From contig OY761158.1 of the NCBI GenBank assembly GCA_963664405.1, positions 3,264,001 through 3,328,000 on the forward strand: a DNA stretch of 64,000 bases, written 5' to 3'. The notes under the pieces are model-generated. The model made no database searches, had not been told where the DNA came from, and saw only the letters and a list, made by a program, of their open reading frames with translations. Source of the DNA: Thermoanaerobaculia bacterium. Its GTDB lineage: Bacteria > Acidobacteriota > Thermoanaerobaculia > Multivoradales > Multivoraceae. Numbering within the stretch: the first letter of the stretch is position 1; every line of letters starts with the position of its first letter. The position numbers were made by a program, and so were the translations under genes. Shown one piece after another: positions 1 to 10,481 of this stretch.

Positions 1-3000
1 CGGTCGGCTTCGGCCCGGTTCTGGGGCTTGCCGCCTGGGCGGGCTGGGCGTGGTCGGGTTGGCAACTCTGGTTCGGTCGGCGCAGGGAGCACCTTGTACC
101 GTGGCTATGGGTGACAATCGTCTTTTTCCATCAGGGCAGCCAATGGGTGAAGGCGATGCGATACCTCCTTCCGATATACCCGGCGCTTGCGCTGCTCGCC
201 GCTTATCTGTTGGTCTCCCTGTGGCGCTGGGGACGCAGCGCGACAGCGGCCGACGGCGTGTCACGGAGTTGGTTGCGCAGAGGAGCCGTGGCCGCGGGCT
301 TTGTGGTCTTAGTAGGCACGCTGGCATGGGCGTGGGCGTTCACGGCGATCTACCGGCAGCCCCACTCCCCCGCATCGCCGCATCCAGGTGGCTCTACGAG
401 AACGCCCCCCCAGGCGCCGTCATCGCCAACGAGGGGTGGGACGACGCCCTGCCTCTCCGCCTCGGTGGCCGCGATGCGTTCTCCATCTATCAGGGGCTGT
501 TGCTCCACCACTACGACGAGGACACGCCCCAGAAGCTTCAGACCGTCCTGGGCTCCCTCGAGCAGACTGACTACATCGTTCTCTCGAGCAATCGGCTCTA
601 CGACAGCATTCCGCGCCTTCCGATGCGCTACCCGATGACGATGCTCTACTACGAGCACCTCTTCGCGGGCGATCTCGGCTTCGAGAAAGTCGCCGAGTTC
701 ACGTCCTATCCACGCATCGCGGGCATCGAGATCCCGGATCAGTGGGTGGAGGAAGCGTTCTCGGTATACGACCACCCCAGGGTACAGATTTTTCGCAAGG
801 ACGCCAGCTGGGACATCGCCAACGCCAGGGCATTGCTCTCGGCGGGGGTCGACTGGGACGATATCAATCGCCTCTCGCCGCTCCAGGCCAAGGGCTTCAA
901 ATCGATGATGCTCGACGACGAACTGCTGGCGGCCCAGCGCGCCGGAGGCACCTGGTCGACTGAGCTTGGTGGACTTTTCGACGAGAGCGGCCTCTCCAAT
1001 CGCCACCCGATCGTCTTCTGGGTCGCAGCCCTTGTGCTCCTCGGTATCGTCGCGTTCCCGATCAGCTGGCTGGCGCTGTCGAGTCTGCCCGATGGGGGTT
1101 GGCTGGTCTCTCGCACCCTCGGTCTGCTGGTTACTGCCTGGCTTGCCTGGATGTTTGCATCCCTGCGATGGGTGACCTTCACCCGCGGCGGGGTGGCGTT
1201 CTCCCTCGTCCTCGTCGTCGCGGTCTCGGCCGTCGTCTTTTGGCGGCACCGTCACAGCTTGCTCGCTTTCCTGCGTAGTCGCTGGCGCCTTCTCCTCGTC
1301 GAAGAGATTGTTTTCTGGGGGCTCTTTGCGTTCCTTCTGATCGTTCGGCTATGGAATCCGGAGCTCTGGCATCCTGCGCGGGGCGGCGAGAAACCGATGG
1401 ATCTCGCCTACCTCAACGCGGTGGTACGCAGCGAGTATTTCCCGCCCTACGACCCCTGGTTTGCCGGCGGTTACCTCAACTACTACTACTTCGGTTTCGT
1501 ACTTACCGGCACGCTGATCCTGCTGACTGGCGTGGTGCCCACGATCGCCTACAACCTGGCCGTGCCCACATTCTTCGCTCTCACGGGCGGGCTGGCGTTC
1601 GTCGCGGCTTCGGCACTGATGACGGGTCTCCGCAGAAATCGGGGCGAGAAGGACTCTCCCCAGCTGTCTCGGCAGGCCGTTCAAAGTGGTGTCTTCGCGG
1701 CGGTGTTCGCCGTACTTCTGGGCAACCTGAGCGAGATTCGATTGCTCTTTCGTGGCCTCGTGAGGTTAGGTGGGGGGACGGAGGAGGCCTCTCTGGCTCA
1801 GGCGTCGACAGCCTGGTGGAAGGGGCTCGGAGCTTTGGCGCGTGGAGAGTCGATCCCGTTTCCGAACGATTGGTGGTTCTGGAACGCAAGTCGCGCGATC
1901 CCCCATCCTCAGACCGAGCCGCCGCCGATTACGGAGTTCCCGTTCTTTACTCATCTCTTTGCCGACCTGCACGCCCATCTGATGGCCATGCCACTCGGCC
2001 TCTTGTCCCTCGTGGTGGCGATTCGTCTCGCGTGCGGATCCGCTCTGTCGGGGCCCCTCCACGAGTCAAGGTCGGCACCGTTGGCGGGGCCGTTACGATC
2101 CCACCTGAGGGCTGATCTCCCCGCGCTTGCCATCCTCTCCCTGGCTGTCGGCGCTTTGTGGCCGACCAACACCTGGGACTTTCCGACCTACCTATGCCTA
2201 GCCGGCGCCGGCATCACCATCGGGGAGCTCCGCCGCCGAGCGTCGGTTAAGGTCTCGATCATCGCCGCTGCGGGCCGGTTCGCCGTGGTGGTAGTAGCGG
2301 GGCGGGTCCTCTTCTACCCGTTCCTGGCGAGCTTTGCTTCGGCCTACACTCGCCCCACTTTGTGGAAGGGCTCACGTACCCCTTTCGACGCTTTTTTGAC
2401 CGTGCACGGTTTCTTCCTGGTGCTGGTCTTGGCCTTCCTGGTTGGTAACGAGGGGCTTCGGAAAGAGCTGAGGGGACAACTACGCATTCTCCGTTTACGG
2501 GTGCGGTATCGCACCCGCCGCGTAAGGCTGCGTCGACTGCTGGTGGCGTGCCCGGGGCACCGTCTGGCCACACGAATCCAGGCTTGGTGTTGGCTTGGGC
2601 TCCTCCTTTTCGCCCTCGCTGTCTGGATCGCTGGCTTTCCCGTGGTGTCCCTGCTCCTCGTGCTCTTGGCACTGACCGCGACCCTGCTCTTGAACACCGA
2701 GCCCTCGCAGGGCGCCTTACGCACCCTTTGCTGCATGGTCCTCATCGCCCTGGGCCTTACCGGCGTCGTTGAATTTGTAGTGCTACAAGGTGACGTCGGC
2801 CGCATGAACACGGTGTTCAAATTCTACCTCCAGGTTTGGTTGCTGCTCTCTGTTGTTACCGGGCTCTCAGCCTCAATTCTCATCGAGCGCCGCCCTGTCG
2901 CCAAGACCTGGCTTGCGGTGACCGGTCCCCTCTTTCTGGTTGCGCTCCTGTATCCCGCCCTCGCTGCGCCTGCCCGGATCCGGGATCGGTACGGTGCAGA

Positions 3001-3505
3001 TGAGGGGCTGGGCCTCGACGGTCAGGCCTTCATGCGGACTGCTGTTCGCCACGAGTCGAACGGCAAGATCGAGCTTCGCTGGGACGACGAAGCGATCCGT
3101 TGGTTGCGTCGCTCCGTCGAAGGCTCGCCCGTCATTCTCGAGGCGAGTGTACCTCCCTACCGTTGGGGGAGTCGAGTCAGCATCTACACCGGCCTGCCCA
3201 CCGTGGTGGGTTGGGACTGGCACCAACGCCAGCAGCGGGCAGTGCTGCGCAACGATACCGTGCGCCATCGTGTCGACGACGTCCAGCAGGCATATACCGA
3301 GATGGACCTCGAAAACACGTTGGAATTGCTACGCCGCTACAGCGTGAGCTACGTCTATCTGGGGGGAGTTGAGAATTTATACTATCCAGGGCCTGGACTC
3401 GAGAAGTTCGAAAAGGACCCATTGGGGCGTTTCGAACTGGTCTTTGAGAACCCTGGCGTAAAGATCTTCAAGGTGGACTACTCGGTTGGGTCGACCGGCG
3501 GGTAG
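1..3505 (+). CDS. DUF2298 / Chlor_Arch_YYY-type large membrane protein (GT-C-like); 5' end outside window; one frameshift at about 367-371
   Basis: Frame 3 is open from the window start (..QWVKAMRYLLPIYP..AIYRQPHS) and switches at a C run to the 50..3505 frame (RIAASRWLYEN..). Motifs GGEKPMDLAYLNA, PPYDPWFAGGYLNYYYFG, FADLHAH, RMNTVFKFY, GLPTVVGW; many TM segments. Confidence 0.85.
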   Translation, partial: GRLRPGSGACRLGGLGVVGLATLVRSAQGAPCTVAMGDNRLFPSGQPMGEGDAIPPSDIPGACAARRLSVGLPVALGTQRDSGRRRVTELVAQRSRGRGLCGLSRHAGMGVGVHGDLPAAPLPRIAASRWLYENAPPGAVIANEGWDDALPLRLGGRDAFSIYQGLLLHHYDEDTPQKLQTVLGSLEQTDYIVLSSNRLYDSIPRLPMRYPMTMLYYEHLFAGDLGFEKVAEFTSYPRIAGIEIPDQWVEEAFSVYDHPRVQIFRKDASWDIANARALLSAGVDWDDINRLSPLQAKGFKSMMLDDELLAAQRAGGTWSTELGGLFDESGLSNRHPIVFWVAALVLLGIVAFPISWLALSSLPDGGWLVSRTLGLLVTAWLAWMFASLRWVTFTRGGVAFSLVLVVAVSAVVFWRHRHSLLAFLRSRWRLLLVEEIVFWGLFAFLLIVRLWNPELWHPARGGEKPMDLAYLNAVVRSEYFPPYDPWFAGGYLNYYYFGFVLTGTLILLTGVVPTIAYNLAVPTFFALTGGLAFVAASALMTGLRRNRGEKDSPQLSRQAVQSGVFAAVFAVLLGNLSEIRLLFRGLVRLGGGTEEASLAQASTAWWKGLGALARGESIPFPNDWWFWNASRAIPHPQTEPPPITEFPFFTHLFADLHAHLMAMPLGLLSLVVAIRLACGSALSGPLHESRSAPLAGPLRSHLRADLPALAILSLAVGALWPTNTWDFPTYLCLAGAGITIGELRRRASVKVSIIAAAGRFAVVVVAGRVLFYPFLASFASAYTRPTLWKGSRTPFDAFLTVHGFFLVLVLAFLVGNEGLRKELRGQLRILRLRVRYRTRRVRLRRLLVACPGHRLATRIQAWCWLGLLLFALAVWIAGFPVVSLLLVLLALTATLLLNTEPSQGALRTLCCMVLIALGLTGVVEFVVLQGDVGRMNTVFKFYLQVWLLLSVVTGLSASILIERRPVAKTWLAVTGPLFLVALLYPALAAPARIRDRYGADEGLGLDGQAFMRTAVRHESNGKIELRWDDEAIRWLRRSVEGSPVILEASVPPYRWGSRVSIYTGLPTVVGWDWHQRQQRAVLRNDTVRHRVDDVQQAYTEMDLENTLELLRRYSVSYVYLGGVENLYYPGPGLEKFEKDPLGRFELVFENPGVKIFKVDYSVGSTGG

Positions 3506-3583
3506 CCGGGGCGACCCCACGCGTTGCCCTGTGCTGGCCGATCCTCCCTGCCTACGCTTCGATGTCGATGTAGAGATCCCCGT

Positions 3584-4738
3584 TCATAGGTCACTTTCGA
3601 AGAAGATCTCAATCTCGTTCACGTGCACGAAGTTGTCGCGCTGCAGTCGCAGGATCTCGAAGCGCACCTGCCGTGTGGAGATGGCTTCGGGCAGAGCGAT
3701 GTAGGACCAGGCGGTGGGCGGGACGCGAGGCGCCAGCAGAACCTATGGGAAGGATGGGGTCTGAACGTCCAATCGTTGGGTGAGGCGGCAAGAAAGGCCC
3801 GCGCTACCTTGACTCGGATCGGCTCAGGAAAGGTGATTGTGATGACGAGGGGGTTGGTGCCGCCGCTTCGCACTGAGTGGCGCACCTCACCGTCGAGCAC
3901 GCCGCCAATCCGGATGAGGAATGGCTCATCGCTGGTGTCGATGCGAAGCGCGCCCTCAGACCAAGCAGCGGCAAGGTCCACACGCTCTAATTCGCCGATC
4001 GAGGCGCAAGCCCAGTTCACGGGCTCGCCGCCGAGCTGAGCCCGTCCCACGGGCCGGTCGGATGCCCGAAGGAGGGTCGCTAGAATCGGTGAGCTCGAAG
4101 GCGGGTAGAGTAAACGCTGCCGAGCCGGCGTTGTCCGCTCCGTGGGACGGCTCCCTTGCGGCGGCGGGACGATAGAGGGACATCTCAGTCTGCAGAGACG
4201 CTTCAGGGCACACGAAGGCTTGGCGTGGCGAGCAGAGCGAGAGCCGCTCCCACTCGCTCGAGTCGAAGTTGCTCGGACATTCGGGCGATAGAAGAAGTGC
4301 GCTCGCGGGACTTTCATCGCGCATGGCGAGCTGGTGGATCTTCCTTCCCGGAAAGTAGTACTCCCATCCCTCGACATGGTGCCTGAGCTGATACTGGCGG
4401 ACAACATGAGGTGCTGCGATGATCCATGTCTCCTCGGCGTGGCGAAGAGTTTCTGTCCTGTTGATCTCGTGGATCGCGAAGTACTTGAGGCTCGAGGCGA
4501 GGTCGCCACGCTGGTGGTCCATCTCGTCGGCGAAGAATCGGTAGCCCGGAACGACTGCCACGATAGCCACGGCGACCCAAAGCACGAGTTTCAGAGGCCT
4601 GCGGCTCTCGGCGGCGTTCGTGATACGGCTCTACCGGCAGCCTCACACGCCATCGCGATGACGAGCGCTACGACGGGAAGTAGTGGTATCTGCCGGTGCT
4701 CGCCGTTGACGATATCGGTGAGCGCGCTGTTGGTTTGG
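3584..4738 (-). pseudogene. Decayed partial duplicate of the 3' part of the 7677..10289 GT-C gene
   Basis: Colinear high DNA similarity to about 7677..8832 (GYRFFADEM, SSLKYFAIHEI, EGWEYYFPGRKIH, GGTNPLVIT). Reading is split over several frames and the 5' part is absent. Confidence 0.85.
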
Positions 4739-4992
4739 AGTCAGAGTCAGACCCATCCTTCTCAGCAGGTTCCGCGGCCAAAGGGCGCCCGTCGCGTTCC
4801 TAGGAGGGTCTTGATCACTTGAGCTTCTTACGATGCGCCCAGGGGCGAACTCAGCGCGCCGTGGCTCGATCCTCCGAGCACACGGGTGCGGCTGCCGAAC
4901 TGACTCGAGACAATGTACGATACCGCCAGTTTCGTCAACTCCCGGTGCTTGTCGGTCCTCGTGTGTGGGCATCCCGGTAGACCGACACATCC

Positions 4993-5736
4993 ATGGAGAC
5001 TCGACTGATGCTGGCCGCGAGAATACTGGCGCCTGGGTCCGAGCTTCGCGGCATCGTATTCGACGTCGACGGAACTCTCTATCGGCAGTCGCCGGTGCGC
5101 CATAGGGTAATGCTGCAGCTCGGGCTCAGCGCCTTCTCGTCACCCTGGGCGGCGGTTCGCGATGCAGTATGCATATCGGCGTATCGACGCGCCCACGAGG
5201 CGTTGAGGGGTCAGGTGGTGGGGTTGGACGTATTCGAAGCGCAAGCTGAGTTGGCAAGCGCTAAGGTACCGTTCTCTACGAAGCAAATCAAAAGCACTGC
5301 GAAGGTCTGGATGGAAGAGAAGCCACTAGACTTCATAAGAAGCGCCAGATGCAAGGGCTTGGTGCGATTCCTGGCCGCCTGCGGCGACCACCAACTGAAA
5401 CTTGGAGTGCTCTCCGACTACCCACCCCTCGCCAAGCTAGAAGCCCTGGAGGTCCGCTCGTTCTTCCACACACTGGGCTGGGCTCAGATGCCCGAAATAG
5501 GAGCTCTGAAGCCGAATCCGGCGGGCTTGAGCTGGGTGTTGGACCAATTGGGGGTCGCCCCCTGGCAGTCATTGTATGTCGGAGATCGTCCCGAGATTGA
5601 CGGCAGCCTGGCACAATCGGTCGGAGCGCAGTGGGTAATAGCCGGGACTGGCCGGCAGCAAAGGCATCGGGCACCTACCGAGGCACTTCACAGATTCACA
5701 GACTATGACCAGCTGCACGCACGAATCTTCGGCTGA
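4993..5736 (+). CDS. HAD-superfamily hydrolase (phosphatase)
   Basis: Motif I FDVDGTLY, LSD, KP.P, motif IV YVGDRPEID. Confidence 0.85.
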   Translation: METRLMLAARILAPGSELRGIVFDVDGTLYRQSPVRHRVMLQLGLSAFSSPWAAVRDAVCISAYRRAHEALRGQVVGLDVFEAQAELASAKVPFSTKQIKSTAKVWMEEKPLDFIRSARCKGLVRFLAACGDHQLKLGVLSDYPPLAKLEALEVRSFFHTLGWAQMPEIGALKPNPAGLSWVLDQLGVAPWQSLYVGDRPEIDGSLAQSVGAQWVIAGTGRQQRHRAPTEALHRFTDYDQLHARIFG

Positions 5737-6649
5737 GTCCAGCCGCGGGGGAGGGGTGCCCTGCTGGGTCTGTGGAGAGACCGATACCACGCTGTGGAAG
5801 GACACAGGGCTCGATGGAGATCTTCGACCCACCGATCTGCTTATCACCGACAAACGATACGGTCTGACTTTGGAGCTCTACCGCTGTTCGAGGTGCCGGT
5901 TCATTGGCGCCCGTTCCCGCGACGTCCAAGCGCTCAACGAGCTCTACGAGCAACTCGTCGATCCGGGCTACATCGAAAGCGAAGAAGGGCGACTTCGCCA
6001 GTGCCAGGGTATCTTGGCAAGACTGCTAGCCCAAAGGCGCGGCGCCGAGTCTCTTCTCGACGTAGGCGCAGCCAGCGGCCTGTTGGTTCGCGAGGCAATC
6101 AACTCGGGACTCGACGCTATGGGCATCGAGCCGAGCAAGTCGCTCTGTGAAGCGGCCGAGAAGATCCGCAGCCTGACCCTGATCAACGGCACGCTACCGG
6201 CTCCAGAGCTCGAGGGCCGGCGTTTCGACCTAGTAACGCTCGTCGACGTGATCGAGCACGTCAACGCGCCGGTGACCATGCTCGAGAACGCGGCCAACCA
6301 CCTCAACGACGCCGGCTTGATCCTGGTCATCACCCCAGACGTCGCCAGCATAACCGCCAGGCTGTTGGGTCGGCGCTGGTGGCACTTGCGGCTCGCCCAC
6401 GTAGGCTACTTCGAAAAGAGGTCGTTTGCCGTCGCGGCCGAAAAGGCCGGTCTTCGGATCGTCAAGACCGAGTGGGCGAAATGGAACTTCCAGCTGAGCT
6501 ATCTCGCCGAGAGGCTGCTGCAATACCGCATCTCGGCGCCGGTGTCTCCCGCCCTGAGATGGCTTCAGCAAAGCGAGAGATTCGGGCAGATCATCATTCC
6601 CCTGAACCTGTTCGACTCTCGCGCCTTCTACCTGACGCGCGCACGGTAG
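5705..6649 (+). CDS. Class I SAM-dependent methyltransferase with N-terminal Cys (CxxC..CxxC) region
   Basis: LLDVGAASG, FDLVTLVDVIEHV, ITPD; CWVC and CSRC pairs. Confidence 0.85.
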   Translation: MTSCTHESSAESSRGGGVPCWVCGETDTTLWKDTGLDGDLRPTDLLITDKRYGLTLELYRCSRCRFIGARSRDVQALNELYEQLVDPGYIESEEGRLRQCQGILARLLAQRRGAESLLDVGAASGLLVREAINSGLDAMGIEPSKSLCEAAEKIRSLTLINGTLPAPELEGRRFDLVTLVDVIEHVNAPVTMLENAANHLNDAGLILVITPDVASITARLLGRRWWHLRLAHVGYFEKRSFAVAAEKAGLRIVKTEWAKWNFQLSYLAERLLQYRISAPVSPALRWLQQSERFGQIIIPLNLFDSRAFYLTRAR

Positions 6650-6679
6650 CCACGCCACATACGAATTCGAGATAGGAAC

Positions 6680-7618
6680 CTGCAGAATCGAGCGACCATC
6701 GGCGGCCACCTAGGCATCTGCCGAATAGACCACTGGTTCAAGAACCTATTCATACTCCCAGGGATTGCGGTGGGGATCGCTGACAGGCCGAAATTCGACG
6801 TCCCCTTGCTCGTTGCCGACGCCTTGTTGGGTATCTTCTCCATCTGCCTCATCGCCTCCAGCAACTACGTGATCAACGAGCTGTTGGACGCGCAGAACGA
6901 CAGTCTCCACCCCAAGAAGAAGCTGCGGCCGGTGCCGACAGGGCGGGTGAACGTTTCATTGGCGTATTGGCAATGGCTGGTGCTGATGATTGCGGGCGTC
7001 GCCCTGGGCTGGTGGGTCTCCCCCGCGCTGGGGATCGTCGCGCTGGCATTGTGGGTGATGGGCTGCGTCTACAACATCCGGCCCGTTCGCACCAAGGATG
7101 TGCCCTATCTGGACGTAGTCTCCGAGGGAGTCAACAACCCCCTCCGTATGCTGGCGGGGTGGTACATCGCCGGTGCCGCGTTAGTGCCGCCGGCCTCGCT
7201 GCTGATGAGCTATTGGATGGTTGGCTGTTACTTCATGGCGCTGAAGCGGTTCGCAGAGAGGCGTATGATCAACTCAGATGATCTCGCCTCTGCCTATCGC
7301 CCGTCTTTTCGTCACTACACAGAGAATCGACTTCTCGTGTCGGTCATGTTCTACAGCTGCGCATCGATGCTCTTCTTCGGTGCCTTCCTCATGCGCTATC
7401 GGATCGAGCTTCTGCTGTCCTTCCCGCTCGTCGCGTGGGTGATGGCGAGCTACCTCCGGGTAGGTCTTCGTGACGATAGCCCTGTGCAGAACCCTGAGAA
7501 GCTCTATCGAGAAACAGGATTGATGGTCAGCCTGACGCTCTGCGTTGTAGTCATGACGGTGCTGTTCTTCGTCGATATTCCGCAGCTGGCGTTGATGCTT
7601 CAGGCGTGGCAGCGGTGA
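6680..7618 (+). CDS. UbiA-family prenyltransferase, polyprenyl-phosphate phosphoribosyltransferase (DPPR synthase)-like; start probably non-canonical
   Basis: RIDHWFKNLF upstream of the called GTG at 6770; SSNYVINELLD, DSLHPKKKLRP, KRFAE, YRPS; in-frame CTG at 6680 follows AGGA. Confidence 0.8.
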   Translation: MQNRATIGGHLGICRIDHWFKNLFILPGIAVGIADRPKFDVPLLVADALLGIFSICLIASSNYVINELLDAQNDSLHPKKKLRPVPTGRVNVSLAYWQWLVLMIAGVALGWWVSPALGIVALALWVMGCVYNIRPVRTKDVPYLDVVSEGVNNPLRMLAGWYIAGAALVPPASLLMSYWMVGCYFMALKRFAERRMINSDDLASAYRPSFRHYTENRLLVSVMFYSCASMLFFGAFLMRYRIELLLSFPLVAWVMASYLRVGLRDDSPVQNPEKLYRETGLMVSLTLCVVVMTVLFFVDIPQLALMLQAWQR

Positions 7619-7676
7619 ACGAAGCTCCTGAGATTTGTCGAGCTGCGCAGCGCGGTCGATGGGGAGATCCCGCTCA

Positions 7677-10289
7677 TCAGCCACTCTCGACGAAGAGCTC
7701 GATCTCGTTGAGGTGTACGAAGTTGTCGCGCTCCAGTCGCAGGACCTCGAAGCGCACTTCACTTGTGGAGATGGCCTCGGGCAGAGCGATGTAGGACCAG
7801 GTGTCGGGCGGGACACGAGGTGCTAACAGAACCTGATGGGAAGGGTGTGGTCTGAACGTCCAATCGTTGGGAGAGGCGGAAGGAAAGATCCGCGCCACTT
7901 TGACTCGGATCGGCTCGGGGAAGGTGAGCGTGATGACGAGGGGGTTGGTCCCGCCGCTCACCATTGAGTGCCGCACATTGCCGTCGAAGACTCCGTCGAC
8001 ACGGACGAGGAACGCCTCATCGCTGATCTCGATGCGAACCGCCTCCTCAGACCAGGCTGCGGCAAGGTCCACGCGCTCCAATTCCCCGATCGAGGCGCAA
8101 GTCGAGCTCACGGGCAGGCCGTCGAGCTGAGCCCACTCCGCGGGCCGCTCGGATGCCGAAGAAGGGTCGCTAAGACCTATGAGCTCAAACCCGGGTAGAG
8201 CAAACGTCGCCGAGCCGCTGTTCGCCACTCCGTGGGCCGGATTGGTTGTGGCGGCGGGACGATAGAGCAAGAGCTCTGGGTGCGGAGAGGTCGCTTCGGG
8301 GCACACGAAGGCCTGGCGTGGCGAACAGAACGAGAGCCTTTCCCACTCGCTCGGGTCGAAGTTGCTCGGGCACTCGGGGGATAGAAAGAGGGCATTCGGG
8401 GGACCCTCACCGCGAATCGCAAGTTTGTGGATTTTCCTTCCCGGAAAGTAGTACTCCCATCCCTCGATGTGGTGCGCGAGCTGATACTGACCGACAACCG
8501 CGGGTGCGGCGATGATCCACGTTTCTTCGGAGTCACGAAGAGTCTCTGTCGACTCGATCTCGTGGATCGCGAAGTACTTGAGGCTCGAAGCGAGGTCGCC
8601 ACGCAGGCGGCCCATCTCGTCGGCGAAGAATCGGTAGCCCGGAACAATCGCCACGAGAACCAGGGCGACCCAGAGCACGAGCTTCAGAGGCCGGGCAGTT
8701 CTAGGTGGCGTTCGTGATACGGCTCTGCCGGCAGCTTCGCACGCCATGGCGATAACGAGCGCTACGACCGGAAGGAGTGGCATCAGCCGGTGCTCGCCGT
8801 TGACCATGTCGGTGAGGGCGCTGTTGGTGAGGAGAAGGACGAGGAGGTAGAAGAGACAAAGGCCGAAGAGGCGTCGTGGGACCACCAGCAGGCCCACCAG
8901 CAGACCCGCCGCGAAGAGGAACGCGAGCGGCTTGAAAGGAAGCAACGGCTCGTGCGTGGGAAGCCACGAGGTAGTGGGGCGGTCGAAGAAGATGCGCAAA
9001 GACTGCCAGTAATTGGACACCAGAGTACTGAGGTCGGTGCCCGTTGTATCTGGGATGCGGTTCGAAACGAGGAAGATCTCCGGAGTTGTAGCGAGGATCA
9101 GGGGGCCGAATCCGATAAGCATGCCGACTACGGTCAGAAGACCGACGGCCAGAAGCCAACGCAGGCCCTCTCTGCGGGCGGCGAGCAGGGCCGCGATGGC
9201 CGCGAGGCCGAGAGACGCAAAGGCGGCCGCCTTGATAGCGCCGTGAAAGGTGAAAAGCACGCCGCTGAGTAACCCTAGGAAGCCGAAGTGCCTACAGTGC
9301 GGCTGTTTTCGCAGCACGAGGTAGGTGGCTGCGAAGAGCAATGGCATCCAGGCGATGTTGTAGACATGAAGGGACTCGTAGCGGCCGTAGAAGAGCAGGG
9401 TCGGCAGGCACAGAAGCGCAAGTGAGCCAATGAAGCTGGCCTGCGTACTCAACCAGCGCCGCGCGAGCACGAAGAACATCACGATGGTCGCAATGGCAAG
9501 GAGGGCCGGTGGCACCTTGAACGAAAGAGCGCTAGGGCCCAGCAGCAGATAGATGGGGCTCGTAAGGACGGTTGCCATGAGCCCGTAGCTGTTGATGTAG
9601 CCGTAGACGAAGAAGTCTTTGTAATCACCATCGAGAATACGCTGCACATCGAGCCCGGTATCGCGCACTGGGTCGCCTGCTACCACCATGGGGTAACTCT
9701 CGAGCGAGAAGAAGTAGGCGGCCACGGCCACAGCCAAGAGGATCGACAGTGCCAACCCATCGTTTCGTGAGAGGGAAGAGAGATGGCGGCGTACGCCTGC
9801 CAGGCCGGGTCTGCCGAGTAGAGCGACGCCGGTGACCGTCACCGTCACGATCCAGAGGGCAAGGGCTGCCCACTGGTAGCCCGTTGTCTTGATCGCTGCC
9901 AGCCCGAAGGTCGCCAGGTTGAGCAGCAAGAGAATCACGGAGCTCAGCAACCAAGGCCGGAGTCTCGGGAGGGTGACTATGATGCGGTTGGAGGTCTCGT
10001 CCACCCGCACGCCGACCAGGTCTCGGCCGCTGGGTGCGGCGGTGCGGGCCCCGTCCGACCTCTCTCTCGCGGTGATGAGTCCCAGTCCGAGGCAATGCGT
10101 GAGGAACCGAGCCCCGAGCTGCGAGTCGTCTTCAACGGGGGCGGCCTCGGCGAGGAAGCGCGCGATAACGTCGTCCCAACAGGTCTCCGTATCCTCCGGC
10201 AGGCTCGGGTGCTGCCGCGACAACTCCTCTGCAGTATCCGTCACACCCCAACCGATCAGCGCAGAGATGCATGCCTGCCCGGGGGTCAC
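7677..10289 (-). CDS. GT-C fold membrane glycosyltransferase (ArnT/PMT, GT39/83-like) with C-terminal soluble beta-rich domain
   Basis: More than 10 TM segments, loop GDPVRD, SFKVPPALL, HRLMPLLPV; soluble C-terminus ending VHLNEIELF. Confidence 0.7.
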   Translation of the reverse strand: MTPGQACISALIGWGVTDTAEELSRQHPSLPEDTETCWDDVIARFLAEAAPVEDDSQLGARFLTHCLGLGLITARERSDGARTAAPSGRDLVGVRVDETSNRIIVTLPRLRPWLLSSVILLLLNLATFGLAAIKTTGYQWAALALWIVTVTVTGVALLGRPGLAGVRRHLSSLSRNDGLALSILLAVAVAAYFFSLESYPMVVAGDPVRDTGLDVQRILDGDYKDFFVYGYINSYGLMATVLTSPIYLLLGPSALSFKVPPALLAIATIVMFFVLARRWLSTQASFIGSLALLCLPTLLFYGRYESLHVYNIAWMPLLFAATYLVLRKQPHCRHFGFLGLLSGVLFTFHGAIKAAAFASLGLAAIAALLAARREGLRWLLAVGLLTVVGMLIGFGPLILATTPEIFLVSNRIPDTTGTDLSTLVSNYWQSLRIFFDRPTTSWLPTHEPLLPFKPLAFLFAAGLLVGLLVVPRRLFGLCLFYLLVLLLTNSALTDMVNGEHRLMPLLPVVALVIAMACEAAGRAVSRTPPRTARPLKLVLWVALVLVAIVPGYRFFADEMGRLRGDLASSLKYFAIHEIESTETLRDSEETWIIAAPAVVGQYQLAHHIEGWEYYFPGRKIHKLAIRGEGPPNALFLSPECPSNFDPSEWERLSFCSPRQAFVCPEATSPHPELLLYRPAATTNPAHGVANSGSATFALPGFELIGLSDPSSASERPAEWAQLDGLPVSSTCASIGELERVDLAAAWSEEAVRIEISDEAFLVRVDGVFDGNVRHSMVSGGTNPLVITLTFPEPIRVKVARIFPSASPNDWTFRPHPSHQVLLAPRVPPDTWSYIALPEAISTSEVRFEVLRLERDNFVHLNEIELFVESG

Positions 10290-10481
10290 GTGGAGATTGT
10301 ACCTCGCCCTGACCGACCCTCGTTGCTGCGAGTACGGGCTCCATGGACGGCGCAGAGACGTGGGCGCAGGGGTATCCGCTTCGCAGCTACGGGGTGAGCT
10401 CGTCTACCTGAGAGGGGCGGAGAATCTATACTGAGTAGGCCCTGGCTTGGAGAAACTCGAGAACGATCCCTTTGCCTTCTC

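Noticed and set aside
360-375. Phase-variable poly-C tract in the DUF2298 gene
   Set aside because: The run is only 5 C, too short for typical slipped-strand switching; sequencing error or a point indel is more likely.
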